Shown here one piece after another: positions 1 through 9,473 of a stretch of 64,000 bases of DNA. The translations under genes were made by a program, and so were the position numbers. The notes beneath the pieces are model-generated. The model was given only the letters and a program-made list of their open reading frames with translations. It did no database searches and was not told where the DNA came from. Within the stretch, counting starts at the first letter, position 1; each line of letters opens with the position of its first letter. Source of the stretch: Candidatus Limiplasma sp. (GTDB lineage Bacteria; Bacillota; Clostridia; Christensenellales; Aristaeellaceae); NCBI GenBank assembly GCA_035353235.1, contig DAOPZG010000001.1, forward strand, positions 1,319 through 65,318, in the 5' to 3' direction.

Positions 1-390
1 GCCGATTATCCGGATGTGGCCGAGGTGGACGTCAAGTTGTTGCGCCTCTGCAAGGATTTGAACGGAGTTGTCGTCACCAATGATTACAACCTGAACAAAG
101 TGGCCGGCGTAAGCGGTATACGGGTGCTGAACATCAATGATCTCGCAAATGCCGTAAAACCCATGCTGACGGCTGGCGAAGAACTGACTGTGCAGATTAC
201 CCGCGAAGGGAAGGAACCCGGTCAGGGCGTTGCCTATCTGGACGACGGTACCATGATCGTGGTGGATAACGGCCGCAAGCATGTGGGCGAAAGTGTGACC
301 GCCGTAGTAACGACCGTGCTTCAGACCAGCGCCGGTCGAATGATATTCACCAAGCTCAAAACAGACGACACCGCCCGTGACGAAAACTGA
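1..390 (+). CDS. PIN/TRAM-domain protein (YacL-like), 5' end lies outside the window
   Basis: Frame 1 is open from nt 1, with no stop before the GTG at 16. The translation ...[31 protein letters not shown]... looks like the end of a PIN domain. It is followed by ...[22 protein letters not shown]...[11 protein letters not shown], which looks like a TRAM domain. Confidence 0.7.
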   Translation, partial: ADYPDVAEVDVKLLRLCKDLNGVVVTNDYNLNKVAGVSGIRVLNINDLANAVKPMLTAGEELTVQITREGKEPGQGVAYLDDGTMIVVDNGRKHVGESVTAVVTTVLQTSAGRMIFTKLKTDDTARDEN

Positions 391-458
391 ACTTTCGTTG
401 ATCCCCGGGCAAGCGCTGAATCAATCCCTTGCCGGATGTAACGTTTATACACTCCCGG

Positions 459-488
459 TTTACTTTTCGACAGATTCTGTTGTATAAT
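459..488 (+). promoter_or_regulatory. candidate sigma-A promoter of the cytidylate-kinase-like gene
   Basis: TTTACT-18 nt-TATAAT, about 50 nt upstream of the ATG at 540. Confidence 0.4.
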
Positions 489-539
489 AAAGACAAGAAA
501 AACGGAGCGGACAACGGAATAGATCGGGGGAGTGACTTT

Positions 540-1151
540 ATGGACGCAGAGAAGGCAATTATTACCATCGGTCGCGAGTACGGCAGTGGTGGTCGCGAGG
601 TTGGCAAAATTCTGGCCCAAAAACTGAACGTGCCTTTCTACGACAAGGAACTCCTTACCCTCGCCGCAAAAAACAGCGGCATCTGCAAAGAACTGTTTGA
701 AAACAACGATGAAAAGGCCGTGCCCAGCTATCTGTTTTCTCTGTTTTCCGGTGTGAATGCGCTGGGCGGCGAAGCCGAACTGCCGCTGAACCATCGCATT
801 TTTCTGGCACAGTTTGAGGCAATCGCCCGTGTAGCGCTGCAGGGGCCGTGCGTGCTGGTAGGCCGCTGCGCCAATTATGTGCTTCGTGCGCAGCCCAACC
901 TGATCAGCGTTTTTCTGTACGGGGAAGTTACCGCACGGATTCAGCGTATTATGCAGGTGGAAAACCTGACGTTTGAGCAGGCGAAAGATCACGTCCGCAA
1001 GGTGGATAAACAACGCCAGAGCTACTATAATTTCTTCGCGGACGGCAACTGGGGCCACCGCAGCAACTACCATCTCATGCTCAATACCACGGGCGTGGCG
1101 CTGGATGCCGCCGCTGACAGCATCATCGCCTATATTCGGGGCCGGGAATAA
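540..1151 (+). CDS. cytidylate kinase-like family protein (P-loop NTPase)
   Basis: An internal ATG at 540 gives MDAEKAIITIGREYGSGGREVGKILAQKLNVPFYDKELL..., the typical N-terminus of the cytidylate-kinase-like family. The upstream part of the 429-start ORF has no such similarity. Confidence 0.7.
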   Translation: MDAEKAIITIGREYGSGGREVGKILAQKLNVPFYDKELLTLAAKNSGICKELFENNDEKAVPSYLFSLFSGVNALGGEAELPLNHRIFLAQFEAIARVALQGPCVLVGRCANYVLRAQPNLISVFLYGEVTARIQRIMQVENLTFEQAKDHVRKVDKQRQSYYNFFADGNWGHRSNYHLMLNTTGVALDAAADSIIAYIRGRE

Positions 1152-1186
1152 ATCCCGAAAGCGCACACTGCATACGCGGTACGGGG

Positions 1187-2263
1187 TTATGCTTTTAACA
1201 GCCACCGTCGGAAAGGCTTGAACAGGAAAAGCAGTCCGCTTACCCCGTAACTGATGGCAAGGGTTGCCACCAGCAGGAGAGGGAGCGCCAGTTCGCGGCT
1301 CATACTGCTCCAATCGACCAGTGATAATAATTTGATCAGCACCGGATTGTGGATAAAGAACACCCCTAAACTGAGCCTTGAAAGCATTTCAAGGCTCTTT
1401 GCGCATTTTACCGACGGTTTAACAGTACTCCTGCGGAACAGTTCAAAAACAGCAATGGACAGCACAAGGATCAGCGGATGGGTGTATGTGATCCGGTAGG
1501 CCCAGGAACCAAAGGGGTAGGAAACAGCCTGTACCCCGTCGGCCAGCAGCAGGCAGCCCAGGGCTGTCAGCCACAGCGCCTGTTTGGATACCTTTCGTAG
1601 CGCTTCTTTACTGCCCAGGTAGTATCCCAATACCAGGTACAACCCATAGGTTCCCCCGTTCCAGTCTGTCACACCCTGGAACGATACCGGAAAATCAATC
1701 CTGAAACATTGCAGCGTATCAGCCAGCGTCGGCACCAGAAAACCCGTGAACAACACAAAACACAGTACCGGCGCAACGTAACGCGCCCGACAGCGCTGAA
1801 GCGCAATGGCGACGAGCGGCAATGACAGGTACAGGCTCAGGATGACCGGCATATACCACATATGGGAAAGGGGTACTTTTTCCAGAAACAGCAGATAGCG
1901 CAGGGAAGACTGCCACGAGAACTGTTGCCAGTCCAGAAAGAAATAACCGATGTATAAAACGGTCCAAATTTCTGTGATGATCAGCAGATGCAGAAAATTA
2001 TGGCGGTAAAAACGGCTGATTGCGCCGGGTGTATCATAATGCCGGGGCAGGAGCAGGTATCCGGTCAACATCAGGAAAAGGGGCACACCCACTCGCCCGA
2101 TTGTAAAGAGGGTTACTCGGTTTACCAGAGACACGGCGCTGAAAAAGTCTCCTGCCGACAGAATCAGGTTCGGGTTGTAAACGCTCTCTACACAATGCAC
2201 CAGCACAACCATTACGATGGCCGTTGCTCTGGCCGCATCGCACCAGACTATTCGCTTTTCCAT
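1187..2263 (-). CDS. acyltransferase family 3 integral membrane protein (O-acyltransferase type)
   Basis: MEKRIVWCDAARATAIVMVVLVHCVE... followed by about 10 hydrophobic segments is the pattern of acyltransferase_3 proteins. The ATG at 2263 is preceded by GGGAG. An AT-rich promoter region lies at 2400-2500. Confidence 0.75.
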   Translation of the reverse strand: MEKRIVWCDAARATAIVMVVLVHCVESVYNPNLILSAGDFFSAVSLVNRVTLFTIGRVGVPLFLMLTGYLLLPRHYDTPGAISRFYRHNFLHLLIITEIWTVLYIGYFFLDWQQFSWQSSLRYLLFLEKVPLSHMWYMPVILSLYLSLPLVAIALQRCRARYVAPVLCFVLFTGFLVPTLADTLQCFRIDFPVSFQGVTDWNGGTYGLYLVLGYYLGSKEALRKVSKQALWLTALGCLLLADGVQAVSYPFGSWAYRITYTHPLILVLSIAVFELFRRSTVKPSVKCAKSLEMLSRLSLGVFFIHNPVLIKLLSLVDWSSMSRELALPLLLVATLAISYGVSGLLFLFKPFRRWLLKA

Positions 2264-2525
2264 GACAAACACTCCCGCAGACGGATCGAACGATGTCCCA
2301 TCCATTTTCTCACATGGTAAAAGCCCCATCCATAACACGCAAGCATTCCCGTTCAAACGGTGGCGGGGGTTTTTTTCATGTGGAACGGCCGGTATGGTAT
2401 CCCGGCGCAGTAATAACAAATATTATTGTAACACATCTTAATATTTCTGTCCAATATAAGAGCCAAATATTCATTATTTGATATATCAACTCTGCCAATA
2501 CCGTCCGCAAAACCGTCATATCGCA

Positions 2526-2570
2526 GAAAAACAGCCTGCCGGCTCGCATACGCGTTATCCGGCAGGCTGT
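2526..2570 (-). terminator. intrinsic terminator of the ABC-2/GldG/DUF4340 operon
   Basis: The minus strand reads ACAGCCTGCCGG-N16-CCGGCAGGCTGT followed by TTTTT. Confidence 0.75.
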
Positions 2571-2615
2571 TTGGATTACAGATGGGATGAACCTCTGAAA
2601 GGGGAAACGCACCGT

Positions 2616-4142
2616 CTAGTTCGGGTAAAGTTCCCCCAGCGCGATCTGGATCGCTTCAGCGTTGAGATATTGAAGCGCTACTCCGTCCACAGCCAGAATA
2701 TCGTTGAACGTATCCATCGGATACGCCGCCAGCGTCCGGCTCTGGCCGCCGGTGGTCGTCAGGGTCATCTGCCAGCGGGGCGTACCGGCAGGCACCTGCG
2801 ACTCTCCAAGGCTGCCGGAAACGGTCATTTCCTTTAAACGTTCCACAAGGGAGGTAAACGCATCGGCGGTAATGGTCTGGCCATTGCAGGTCGCCGCAAT
2901 GTCGTAAACAACGTTTCCTTTGTCGTCCTTTTCTACCTCGTTATTCTCCGTTACCTTCTGAGTGTAAACCGCCTTTATATCCAATGTGCCTGCGCCCAGC
3001 TGCACCGCGACCGACGAAAGGCTGTCGGTTCCCATATCCGCAGGGGCGTGGGAAAGCATGTCGTTCGCTTTGGCTTTCAGCAAGGCAGTCATCAGAAAAC
3101 TGCTGACGCGGTAGCATTTCCCCGCATATTCGCAAAAATAGAAATAATCGCCGTCCGCCGCCCCGAAGGTGAGGTGGATGCTCTGCTCCTCGCTCTGCAC
3201 GGACTGTACTACACCGTCCGCGTCGGTCCGGGTGGTCATTCCCTGCTGCTGATGCACCTCCACCACCGCAGTGGGATCGTCAAAACCATAGTCCGCCCGG
3301 TTGGTGGGGGTGACCGTATCCATCAGCGTTCCCAGCCGGAAATTTTTCAGCGCGTTCATCAGGCTGGTCACCGCTTCACTGTCCATCGGGTAAGTATAAG
3401 GCTGCTTCAGCGTTCCCAGATACGTTCCCGTCCCGTCGGATACGAACGCACACTCCATCAGCCCCGCGGCCCTTGTATCGATGGATAACCGATCAATCAG
3501 CGCCGGCACCAGCGCTGGCTGCTCCACAGGTAAAAGGTTTTGCGCTGTGTATGCGAAAGCATCATGGATGCCCGCGTCACACATATACACCCCATTGCTG
3601 CCGGACCAGCGGTAGTAATAATACCCTGTTTCCGGTACCTTGCCGCCGATTTGCAGCTCAACCTCCCGGCCCGTGGTATAGGCGACCTTTACCGTGATCT
3701 CCGGAGGCTTTAACCCCATATCTGCCAGGTTCGCATCCACCTGGCTTTCATCGTCGGTTACGGTATCCTCAATGGAAATTTCCGTTGCGGAAGAAACAAT
3801 GTCGTCGGTATAGCTTTCGTTCACCAGATCGCTCGCCCCATCCGCCTGCTGCAGATACAGTTTCTCGTTCCGGTACTGAAGCGTGTAGATTTCGCCGTCG
3901 CTGTGGCTTACGGTGATCGTATCCAGCACATTCTTATCCCCGGTATCCAGCATTTGATAGCTCAGGTTCGCTTTCAGGTCGGCGGATACCGGGATGGGAA
4001 AGCGCGACCGAATCGTCGGCAGCAGAAGCACCAGCGCGGTCGCGACTGCCACAGCCACCCCGAGAAAGATCATACTGCGTGTACGCCGTGTCAATCGGTG
4101 TCGCGATTCCTTTTTTTCAACTTTTTTCTGGGGATGCTCCAA
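2616..4142 (-). CDS. DUF4340-like protein, last gene of the ABC-2/GldG-type operon
   Basis: It has one N-terminal TM segment and then a long extracytoplasmic region (..ITVSHSDGEIYTLQYRNEKLYL..). It sits directly after a GldG-like gene, the usual DUF4340 context. The TTG start at 4142 has AGGAG 6-7 nt upstream. Confidence 0.65.
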   Translation of the reverse strand: MEHPQKKVEKKESRHRLTRRTRSMIFLGVAVAVATALVLLLPTIRSRFPIPVSADLKANLSYQMLDTGDKNVLDTITVSHSDGEIYTLQYRNEKLYLQQADGASDLVNESYTDDIVSSATEISIEDTVTDDESQVDANLADMGLKPPEITVKVAYTTGREVELQIGGKVPETGYYYYRWSGSNGVYMCDAGIHDAFAYTAQNLLPVEQPALVPALIDRLSIDTRAAGLMECAFVSDGTGTYLGTLKQPYTYPMDSEAVTSLMNALKNFRLGTLMDTVTPTNRADYGFDDPTAVVEVHQQQGMTTRTDADGVVQSVQSEEQSIHLTFGAADGDYFYFCEYAGKCYRVSSFLMTALLKAKANDMLSHAPADMGTDSLSSVAVQLGAGTLDIKAVYTQKVTENNEVEKDDKGNVVYDIAATCNGQTITADAFTSLVERLKEMTVSGSLGESQVPAGTPRWQMTLTTTGGQSRTLAAYPMDTFNDILAVDGVALQYLNAEAIQIALGELYPN

Positions 4143-4179
4143 AGATTGCTCCTCTCTTCGCGGCCAGCCGCGGTGAAAA

Positions 4180-5703
4180 TCAGCGGTTGCGGCGCGGCAG
4201 CAGCACCAGGACCGACGCCAGCAGCAGCAGCAGCGGCAGCGATACCAGTAGCGCTATACCCGCTGTCTGGCTGCCCGTTTTCAGCCCCGGGTGGAAAGCC
4301 GATTTCGCCATGATATCCAGCGAAACGGTCTTCTGCGGCAGCAGCTGGCCCATCAGCTGCACGATAAACTCTTCGTTGAAGGTGCGCTGGTACATATATT
4401 CGTCGGTAAACACGGAGCTGTTGCCGATGGCGAACATCCGGCTTACATTACCGTTGGCGTGCATCCGACCGGACAGGATCGCCAGTGTCATCTCCCCTTT
4501 TCGATCCCCTTCCTGGTAATCGATGGAGGTATCGTCGCTGGACGATGGGTTACGGATGTACGCATGCGCCCCGGACTTCAGCACCGTAGCCGCGGACAGG
4601 GCGCTGTCCGTCTGCGACGGCGTTTCAAATGCGCAGGCGCCCGCCAGCAGCAGTACGTCCATACTGCCGCTGATCAGCGGCTGGGTCAGTTCCATCTGGT
4701 TGAAATACGGCAACAGGTAAATCCGCTCGCCATAATAACTGCCGGTATCTTCCGTGCCTGCCACCACCACGCCCGGAATGGGCACAACCCCGTAATAAGC
4801 AAGAAGGCTGAAATAGTTGGGCAGATTCGCAGGGTCCGTATAATCCCGCATCACAAACAGGCTGCCGCCACTCTCCGCAAACGCCTTAATCGCAGTCAGT
4901 TCATCGGTGGTAAAATCCTTCTGCGGATCAGCGATCAGTAAAAGGTCAATGCCGGTGAGCTGATCCCCTGCCAGCAGGTCCACGGTCCGGTGATCGTAGT
5001 TATTGCTGGTTAAGAAGTCTGTCAGGTTTGTCAGTGTATCCGGCGTAAGCTCCCCATGTCCCTGCAGAATGCCCACCACCGGCACGTCCGTCTGGGTTAC
5101 ATACACCAGCGCCTCCGTCAGCTTCTTTTCATATGCCAGCCCGGCAATTTCAAAAGTGCCCTTTTCCACATTGTATCCCTGGGTAACAAAATCGTCGTAG
5201 GTCAGCACTTTATAACGGTCGGTGGCTTCGCAGCTGACTACCACAGAGTTGGACTGGGATGACTGCGTGATCCCTTTCTCAAACCGGGTCAGAATGCCCG
5301 GGTTTTGGGCAATATCGGTGGGGAGCACCGTGATCAGATCAGTCAGGCGATGGTAGCGTTCCAGCACCTCGTTCAGCTGGCTGTCCATATCGCCGCTGCT
5401 GTAGAGCAGATACAGTTTGATGGGGTCCTTTAAAGTGTTGATCACCTTTTGGGTCTCCGCACCGGTAGAGGTATAGCCGTTAAAGCTGAAATCGAGTTTC
5501 CAGCCATAGGAATCCTCCAGGCTTTTCACCGCGACGTTCAAAAGCACGCATACCGCGATAAAACCGCATACAAGCGCCGTTCCGAAACCGCCGTGCCGCC
5601 ATTTGGGCTTGCGCAGGGTTTGTACAAGCGTCCTGCCTCGGTTCCGGAAAAAAAGTCCGATCCCCGCGAAAAAACGTCCGATCTTCCTCATCAGCTTCTT
5701 CAT
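4180..5703 (-). CDS. GldG-like ABC-transporter auxiliary protein (ABC-type uncharacterized transport system)
   Basis: It has TM segments at both ends and a large central domain (..IKLYLLYSSGD..VVGILQGHGE..LLLIADPQKDFT..). The ATG at 5703 overlaps the upstream permease stop (ATGA). Confidence 0.7.
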   Translation of the reverse strand: MKKLMRKIGRFFAGIGLFFRNRGRTLVQTLRKPKWRHGGFGTALVCGFIAVCVLLNVAVKSLEDSYGWKLDFSFNGYTSTGAETQKVINTLKDPIKLYLLYSSGDMDSQLNEVLERYHRLTDLITVLPTDIAQNPGILTRFEKGITQSSQSNSVVVSCEATDRYKVLTYDDFVTQGYNVEKGTFEIAGLAYEKKLTEALVYVTQTDVPVVGILQGHGELTPDTLTNLTDFLTSNNYDHRTVDLLAGDQLTGIDLLLIADPQKDFTTDELTAIKAFAESGGSLFVMRDYTDPANLPNYFSLLAYYGVVPIPGVVVAGTEDTGSYYGERIYLLPYFNQMELTQPLISGSMDVLLLAGACAFETPSQTDSALSAATVLKSGAHAYIRNPSSSDDTSIDYQEGDRKGEMTLAILSGRMHANGNVSRMFAIGNSSVFTDEYMYQRTFNEEFIVQLMGQLLPQKTVSLDIMAKSAFHPGLKTGSQTAGIALLVSLPLLLLLASVLVLLPRRNR

Positions 5704-6419
5704 GCTTCGCCTCCCTGCGAAAAACGCCTCGCATCCATCACCCGTATGGTCGCCACAAGGCATACGGCCGTGAAGGAGATAAAGTACAGAAGGCTGGCAA
5801 AACTCAGCTGGCCAATCGCAAACGGTTCATATCGACTGTACAGGCTTAAAAAGTTCAAGGTGTCCGCCATCCAGCCGGAAGGTACCTTATCGGCAAGCAG
5901 GTCGATCATCCATAGCAGAAAATTCGCCGCAAACGCAACCACCGCGGCGGAAACCTGGTTTTTCGTAAATCCGGTCACAAAAAGATCCAGCGCCAGAAAA
6001 CTGAGACTTTGCAGCACAAACCCCAGGTAGCCCACAAACCATTCGCCGGGGTAGACCGTACCGTAAATCCCGATCACCAGCGTGCACACGTTGGTAAGCG
6101 CTATGCTGATCCCCATCACCGCCGCTGCCGCCAGAAACTTGCCCATCACGATCCGCCCTACGGAAAGCGGGCTGGTCATAAGCAGCTGGTCGGTGCGGCG
6201 CTGGCGATCCTCACACAGCAGGCGCATGGTAAGCACCGGGGTCAGAAGCATCGTAAGCAGCGTCAATTGCGACAGAAAGGGCAACAGTTCCCCCGTCAGC
6301 GTCGAAAGATTGTTCAGGTAAAAAATCACGCCGGTCAGCGCTGTAAACACGCCGATGAACACATAGCCGATCGGCGTACGGAAATAGGCCAGAAACTCAC
6401 GTTTAAAAACCGTAAGCAA
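5700..6419 (-). CDS. ABC-2 type transporter permease
   Basis: MLTVFKREFLAYFRTPIGYVFIGVF... with 6 hydrophobic segments. The TTG start has AAGGAGG 7 nt upstream. It follows the ATPase gene. Confidence 0.8.
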   Translation of the reverse strand: MLTVFKREFLAYFRTPIGYVFIGVFTALTGVIFYLNNLSTLTGELLPFLSQLTLLTMLLTPVLTMRLLCEDRQRRTDQLLMTSPLSVGRIVMGKFLAAAAVMGISIALTNVCTLVIGIYGTVYPGEWFVGYLGFVLQSLSFLALDLFVTGFTKNQVSAAVVAFAANFLLWMIDLLADKVPSGWMADTLNFLSLYSRYEPFAIGQLSFASLLYFISFTAVCLVATIRVMDARRFSQGGEA

Positions 6420-6490
6420 GCAGTTTCCTCCTTTGCGCTTCGTCGGTCGGGTTCATCGCGTCGGCATACCGATCAGTCCCCTTTAAAGGG

Positions 6491-7450
6491 TCAGTCGGAA
6501 ATCGCTTTTAAAAAGACCTGTTCCAGGTCGTCCTCGCAGCGGGCCAGGCGCAGGATAGGCGCGCTCATGGCGCTGCACAGGGTAAACACCTGCTTTTCCG
6601 GCATGGCGGATTTATCAAACAGCAGGGACAGGGAAACCTCATCCTCGCCGGAACCGGGCTGCACGTTTACGGCGCGCACCCCGTCCAGATGGCTCATACT
6701 TGCCACCAGCCGCTTCTCGCTGCCCTGCACGGTGCAAAGCAGCGTAACCGTATCGTTCTCGCCCACATCGCCAATCGCCGCGTCCAGCTTCACCTCGCCG
6801 TGATGCAGGATCACCACCCGGTCGCACAGTTGCCGGACCTCCGCCAGATTATGCGAAGAAAACACAATTGTCCGACCCGCGCTCAACCGCCGGATCAGCG
6901 CGCGGATCTCGGTAATTTGCTTGGGGTCCAACCCCACGGTCGGCTCATCCAATACCAGCACGTCCGGGTCGCCGCACAGCGCCTGTGCCAGCCCCACGCG
7001 CTGACGGTACCCTTTGCTCAGGTGTCCCAGCAATCGTTCCCGCATTTCCATCAGACCGGTTTTCTGCATGATCTCACGAACGTGCGCAGGTATCCCCCGG
7101 CCTTTCACCTGCTTCAGCGCCGCGACGAACCCAAGATATTCCTCTACCGTCATCTCGTCGTACAGCGGAGGATGCTCCGGCAGATAGCCCAAATCCCGCT
7201 TCGCCTTTTCCGGTTCCAGCAACGGATCATTTCCGTCAATCAGAGCCCGGCCGGAGGTGGGTGCCAGATAACCGGTGATAATATTCAAAAGCGTCGTCTT
7301 ACCCGCGCCATTTTGCCCCAGTAACCCCAGCACCCCGTTTTGAGGAGCCTTCAGGGTAACGTTGCGCAGCGCTTCCACGCTTCCGTACCGTTTGCTTACG
7401 TTTTGAACTTCGATCAAGCGCAAGCCCCCTTTCTCGTTTCCGCTCCCCAT
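6491..7450 (-). CDS. ABC transporter ATP-binding protein
   Basis: Walker A GQNGAGKTT, signature LSKGYRQR and Walker B VLVLDEP are present. The start is uncertain. The ATG at 7450 has no SD, while the TTG at 7417 (giving MIEVQNVSKRYG) has GAAAGGGGG about 7 nt upstream and may be the true start. Confidence 0.9.
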   Translation of the reverse strand: MGSGNEKGGLRLIEVQNVSKRYGSVEALRNVTLKAPQNGVLGLLGQNGAGKTTLLNIITGYLAPTSGRALIDGNDPLLEPEKAKRDLGYLPEHPPLYDEMTVEEYLGFVAALKQVKGRGIPAHVREIMQKTGLMEMRERLLGHLSKGYRQRVGLAQALCGDPDVLVLDEPTVGLDPKQITEIRALIRRLSAGRTIVFSSHNLAEVRQLCDRVVILHHGEVKLDAAIGDVGENDTVTLLCTVQGSEKRLVASMSHLDGVRAVNVQPGSGEDEVSLSLLFDKSAMPEKQVFTLCSAMSAPILRLARCEDDLEQVFLKAISD

Positions 7451-7649
7451 TATAACAAAGCATGGGCCGACAGGTTGTAAATGTTTTGTGAACAAGCGCT
7501 CGAAGCCTTGAAACACAAGGTTTTTGACGTATTCGGATCCAGATGCGGGCGGTTTTTATCGAAATTTCCGTTTAACCCCTGCCTGTTTCGGACACCTTAC
7601 TATCAGGAGGGAAAATCCCCCCAACGAGTGATTCAAAGGAGAGGTTCCT

Positions 7650-8072
7650 ATGAAAATAATGTATCAGGCAAAAGCGGTTTCCGTCGGCGGTCGTGATGGT
7701 CAGGTTACAGTCGAAAACAGTCCCATCCACTTCGAGATGGCGCTTCCCCCGGAGCTTGGCGGAAAAAAGGCCGTCGGCTTCAACCCCGAGCAGCTCTTCG
7801 CGGCAGGGTACTCCGCCTGCTTTGGCAGCGCGCTGCAGCATGTGCTGAAGTTAAAACGCATGAACATTGACGCACCCGAAGTACACGTGGATGTCGGCAT
7901 CGGCCGCAACGAAGCCGGCGGCTTTGCCCTTGCGGCGGATATCACGGTGTTCTTCAAAGGGGTAGATCAGGCTACCGCGGACGAGCTGGCAGCGGAAGCG
8001 CATCAGGTATGCCCGTACTCCAACGCGACCCGCGGCAATGTCGAGGTCAACGTCAAAGCTGTCGTGGCATAA
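7650..8072 (+). CDS. ohr: Ohr/OsmC-family organic hydroperoxide resistance protein
   Basis: The 140-aa product reads MKIMYQAKAVSVGGRDGQVTVENSPIHFEMALPPELGG...AGYSACF...VCPYSNATRGN, with the two conserved Cys of Ohr. An SD AAGGAG lies upstream. Confidence 0.85.
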   Translation: MKIMYQAKAVSVGGRDGQVTVENSPIHFEMALPPELGGKKAVGFNPEQLFAAGYSACFGSALQHVLKLKRMNIDAPEVHVDVGIGRNEAGGFALAADITVFFKGVDQATADELAAEAHQVCPYSNATRGNVEVNVKAVVA

Positions 8073-8127
8073 TCGCACCGGCAGGCGAAAGAACGCCGTT
8101 ACTCTTTCATGGTTTCCCTTCCTCCAG

Positions 8128-8166
8128 TCCCCGGGCCGCGCGCAAGGCGCGTTCCGGGGATTTTTT
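8128..8166 (+). terminator. intrinsic terminator after ohr
   Basis: TCCCCGG...(inner GCGCGC/GCGCGT pairing)...CCGGGGA followed by TTTTTT. Confidence 0.7.
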
Positions 8167-8168
8167 CG

Positions 8169-8747
8169 TTAACGCAACTGCGCTTCCACGTCCGCCTCGC
8201 AGGCGCGCATAGCAAGGATGGTTTTCTCAAACAGATCGTTCAGGTCCCAGCCCAGCATTTCCGCGCCCTGCCGGATCACATCACGCGAACAGCCCGCCGC
8301 AAATGCTTTATCCTTAAACTTTTTCTTCACGCTGGACGTTTCCATATCCATCACGCTTTTGGAGGGACGCATCAGCGCCGCCGCGCCGATCAGCCCGGTC
8401 AGTTCATCCGTGGCAAAAAGCACCTTCTCCATCATATGCTCCGGTTTCACGTCGGCACACAGCCCATAGCCGTGGGAAACGATCGCGTGGATCATCCGTT
8501 CCCCCACGCCCGCTTCGGCCAGCAGTTCCGGGGCTTTCACGCAATGCTGTTCGGGATACATTTCAAAATCAATGTCATGCAGGAGGCCCACCATTGCCCA
8601 GAAATCGGCTTCTTCGCCGAATCCCAGTTCCACGGCGTACCAGCGCATCACTCCTTCGACCGTCAGCGCGTGTTTGAGATGGAAAGATTCGTGATTGTAT
8701 TTTTTCAGTAATGTAAGCGCCTGTTCCCGATTCAGTTCCGGCTGCAT
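8169..8747 (-). CDS. HD-domain phosphohydrolase
   Basis: It contains ..HLKHALTVEGVMR...VGLLHDIDFE... (H...HD motif). The ATG at 8747 is preceded by GGGAGGGG. The longer ORF from 8873 has no SD. Confidence 0.75.
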   Translation of the reverse strand: MQPELNREQALTLLKKYNHESFHLKHALTVEGVMRWYAVELGFGEEADFWAMVGLLHDIDFEMYPEQHCVKAPELLAEAGVGERMIHAIVSHGYGLCADVKPEHMMEKVLFATDELTGLIGAAALMRPSKSVMDMETSSVKKKFKDKAFAAGCSRDVIRQGAEMLGWDLNDLFEKTILAMRACEADVEAQLR

Positions 8748-8987
8748 GGCAAAGCCCCTCCCTGTTTGTTGTAAGTACCTCTCTATCATAGCACAGCGGT
8801 GGTTCCAAGGCAAAGCCGCGTCTTGCGCGCAGCTCCCTGCAATGTTACAATAGGGTCTGTGCGTAGCGGGCATAAAAGCAGATGTTTTTTTGCCAACGAT
8901 GCAAGAAAACGGATCGTTGCCGCGTTATGAATATTGGAGCGATGAACGACCGCCGCGCGGGGCCGCAGCGGCTATGGAGGCTCTGGA

Positions 8988-9473
8988 ATGCCTGATTTCG
9001 AGGGGCTGTACGAAAAGTACGCCACCGACGTGCTTCGTGTATGCTACTTCTACCTGGGGGATCGCCAAAAAGCCGAGGACGTCTGTCAGGACGTGTTTAT
9101 CCGCCTGATGACGAACGCGCCGGATCTGGAGGAAGGCCATGAAAAGGCCTGGCTGCTGAAAGTGGCGCTGAACCGTTGCCGCGATCTGTGGCGTGGTTCC
9201 TGGGCCCGACGGGTTGTACTGGGCAGCCCGGTTTTCGAACTGATCCCCGCTCCGGACGACAGCGAACGCCGCGACGAGGAAGACGCTCTGATGAAAGCGA
9301 TTTATCAGTTGCCGGCATCGTTTCGCGAAGTGGTTTTACTGCATTATTACCAGAATTACGGCATCACCGAAATTTCAAAGATTACCGGGTTGCCGGAAGG
9401 TACCATTTCCAGCCGTCTTTCAAGAGGCCGAAAAAAGCTGGAAAGCATTTTACAGGGAGGGAACGCATTATGA
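8988..9473 (+). CDS. ECF-type (sigma-70 family) RNA polymerase sigma factor
   Basis: Region 2 (..DVCQDVFIRLM...AWLLKVALNRCRDLWR) and region 4 (..REVVLLHYYQNYGITEISKITGLPEGTISSRLSRGRKKL) are present in a 161-aa protein. GGAGG lies 7 nt upstream. Confidence 0.85.
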   Translation: MPDFEGLYEKYATDVLRVCYFYLGDRQKAEDVCQDVFIRLMTNAPDLEEGHEKAWLLKVALNRCRDLWRGSWARRVVLGSPVFELIPAPDDSERRDEEDALMKAIYQLPASFREVVLLHYYQNYGITEISKITGLPEGTISSRLSRGRKKLESILQGGNAL

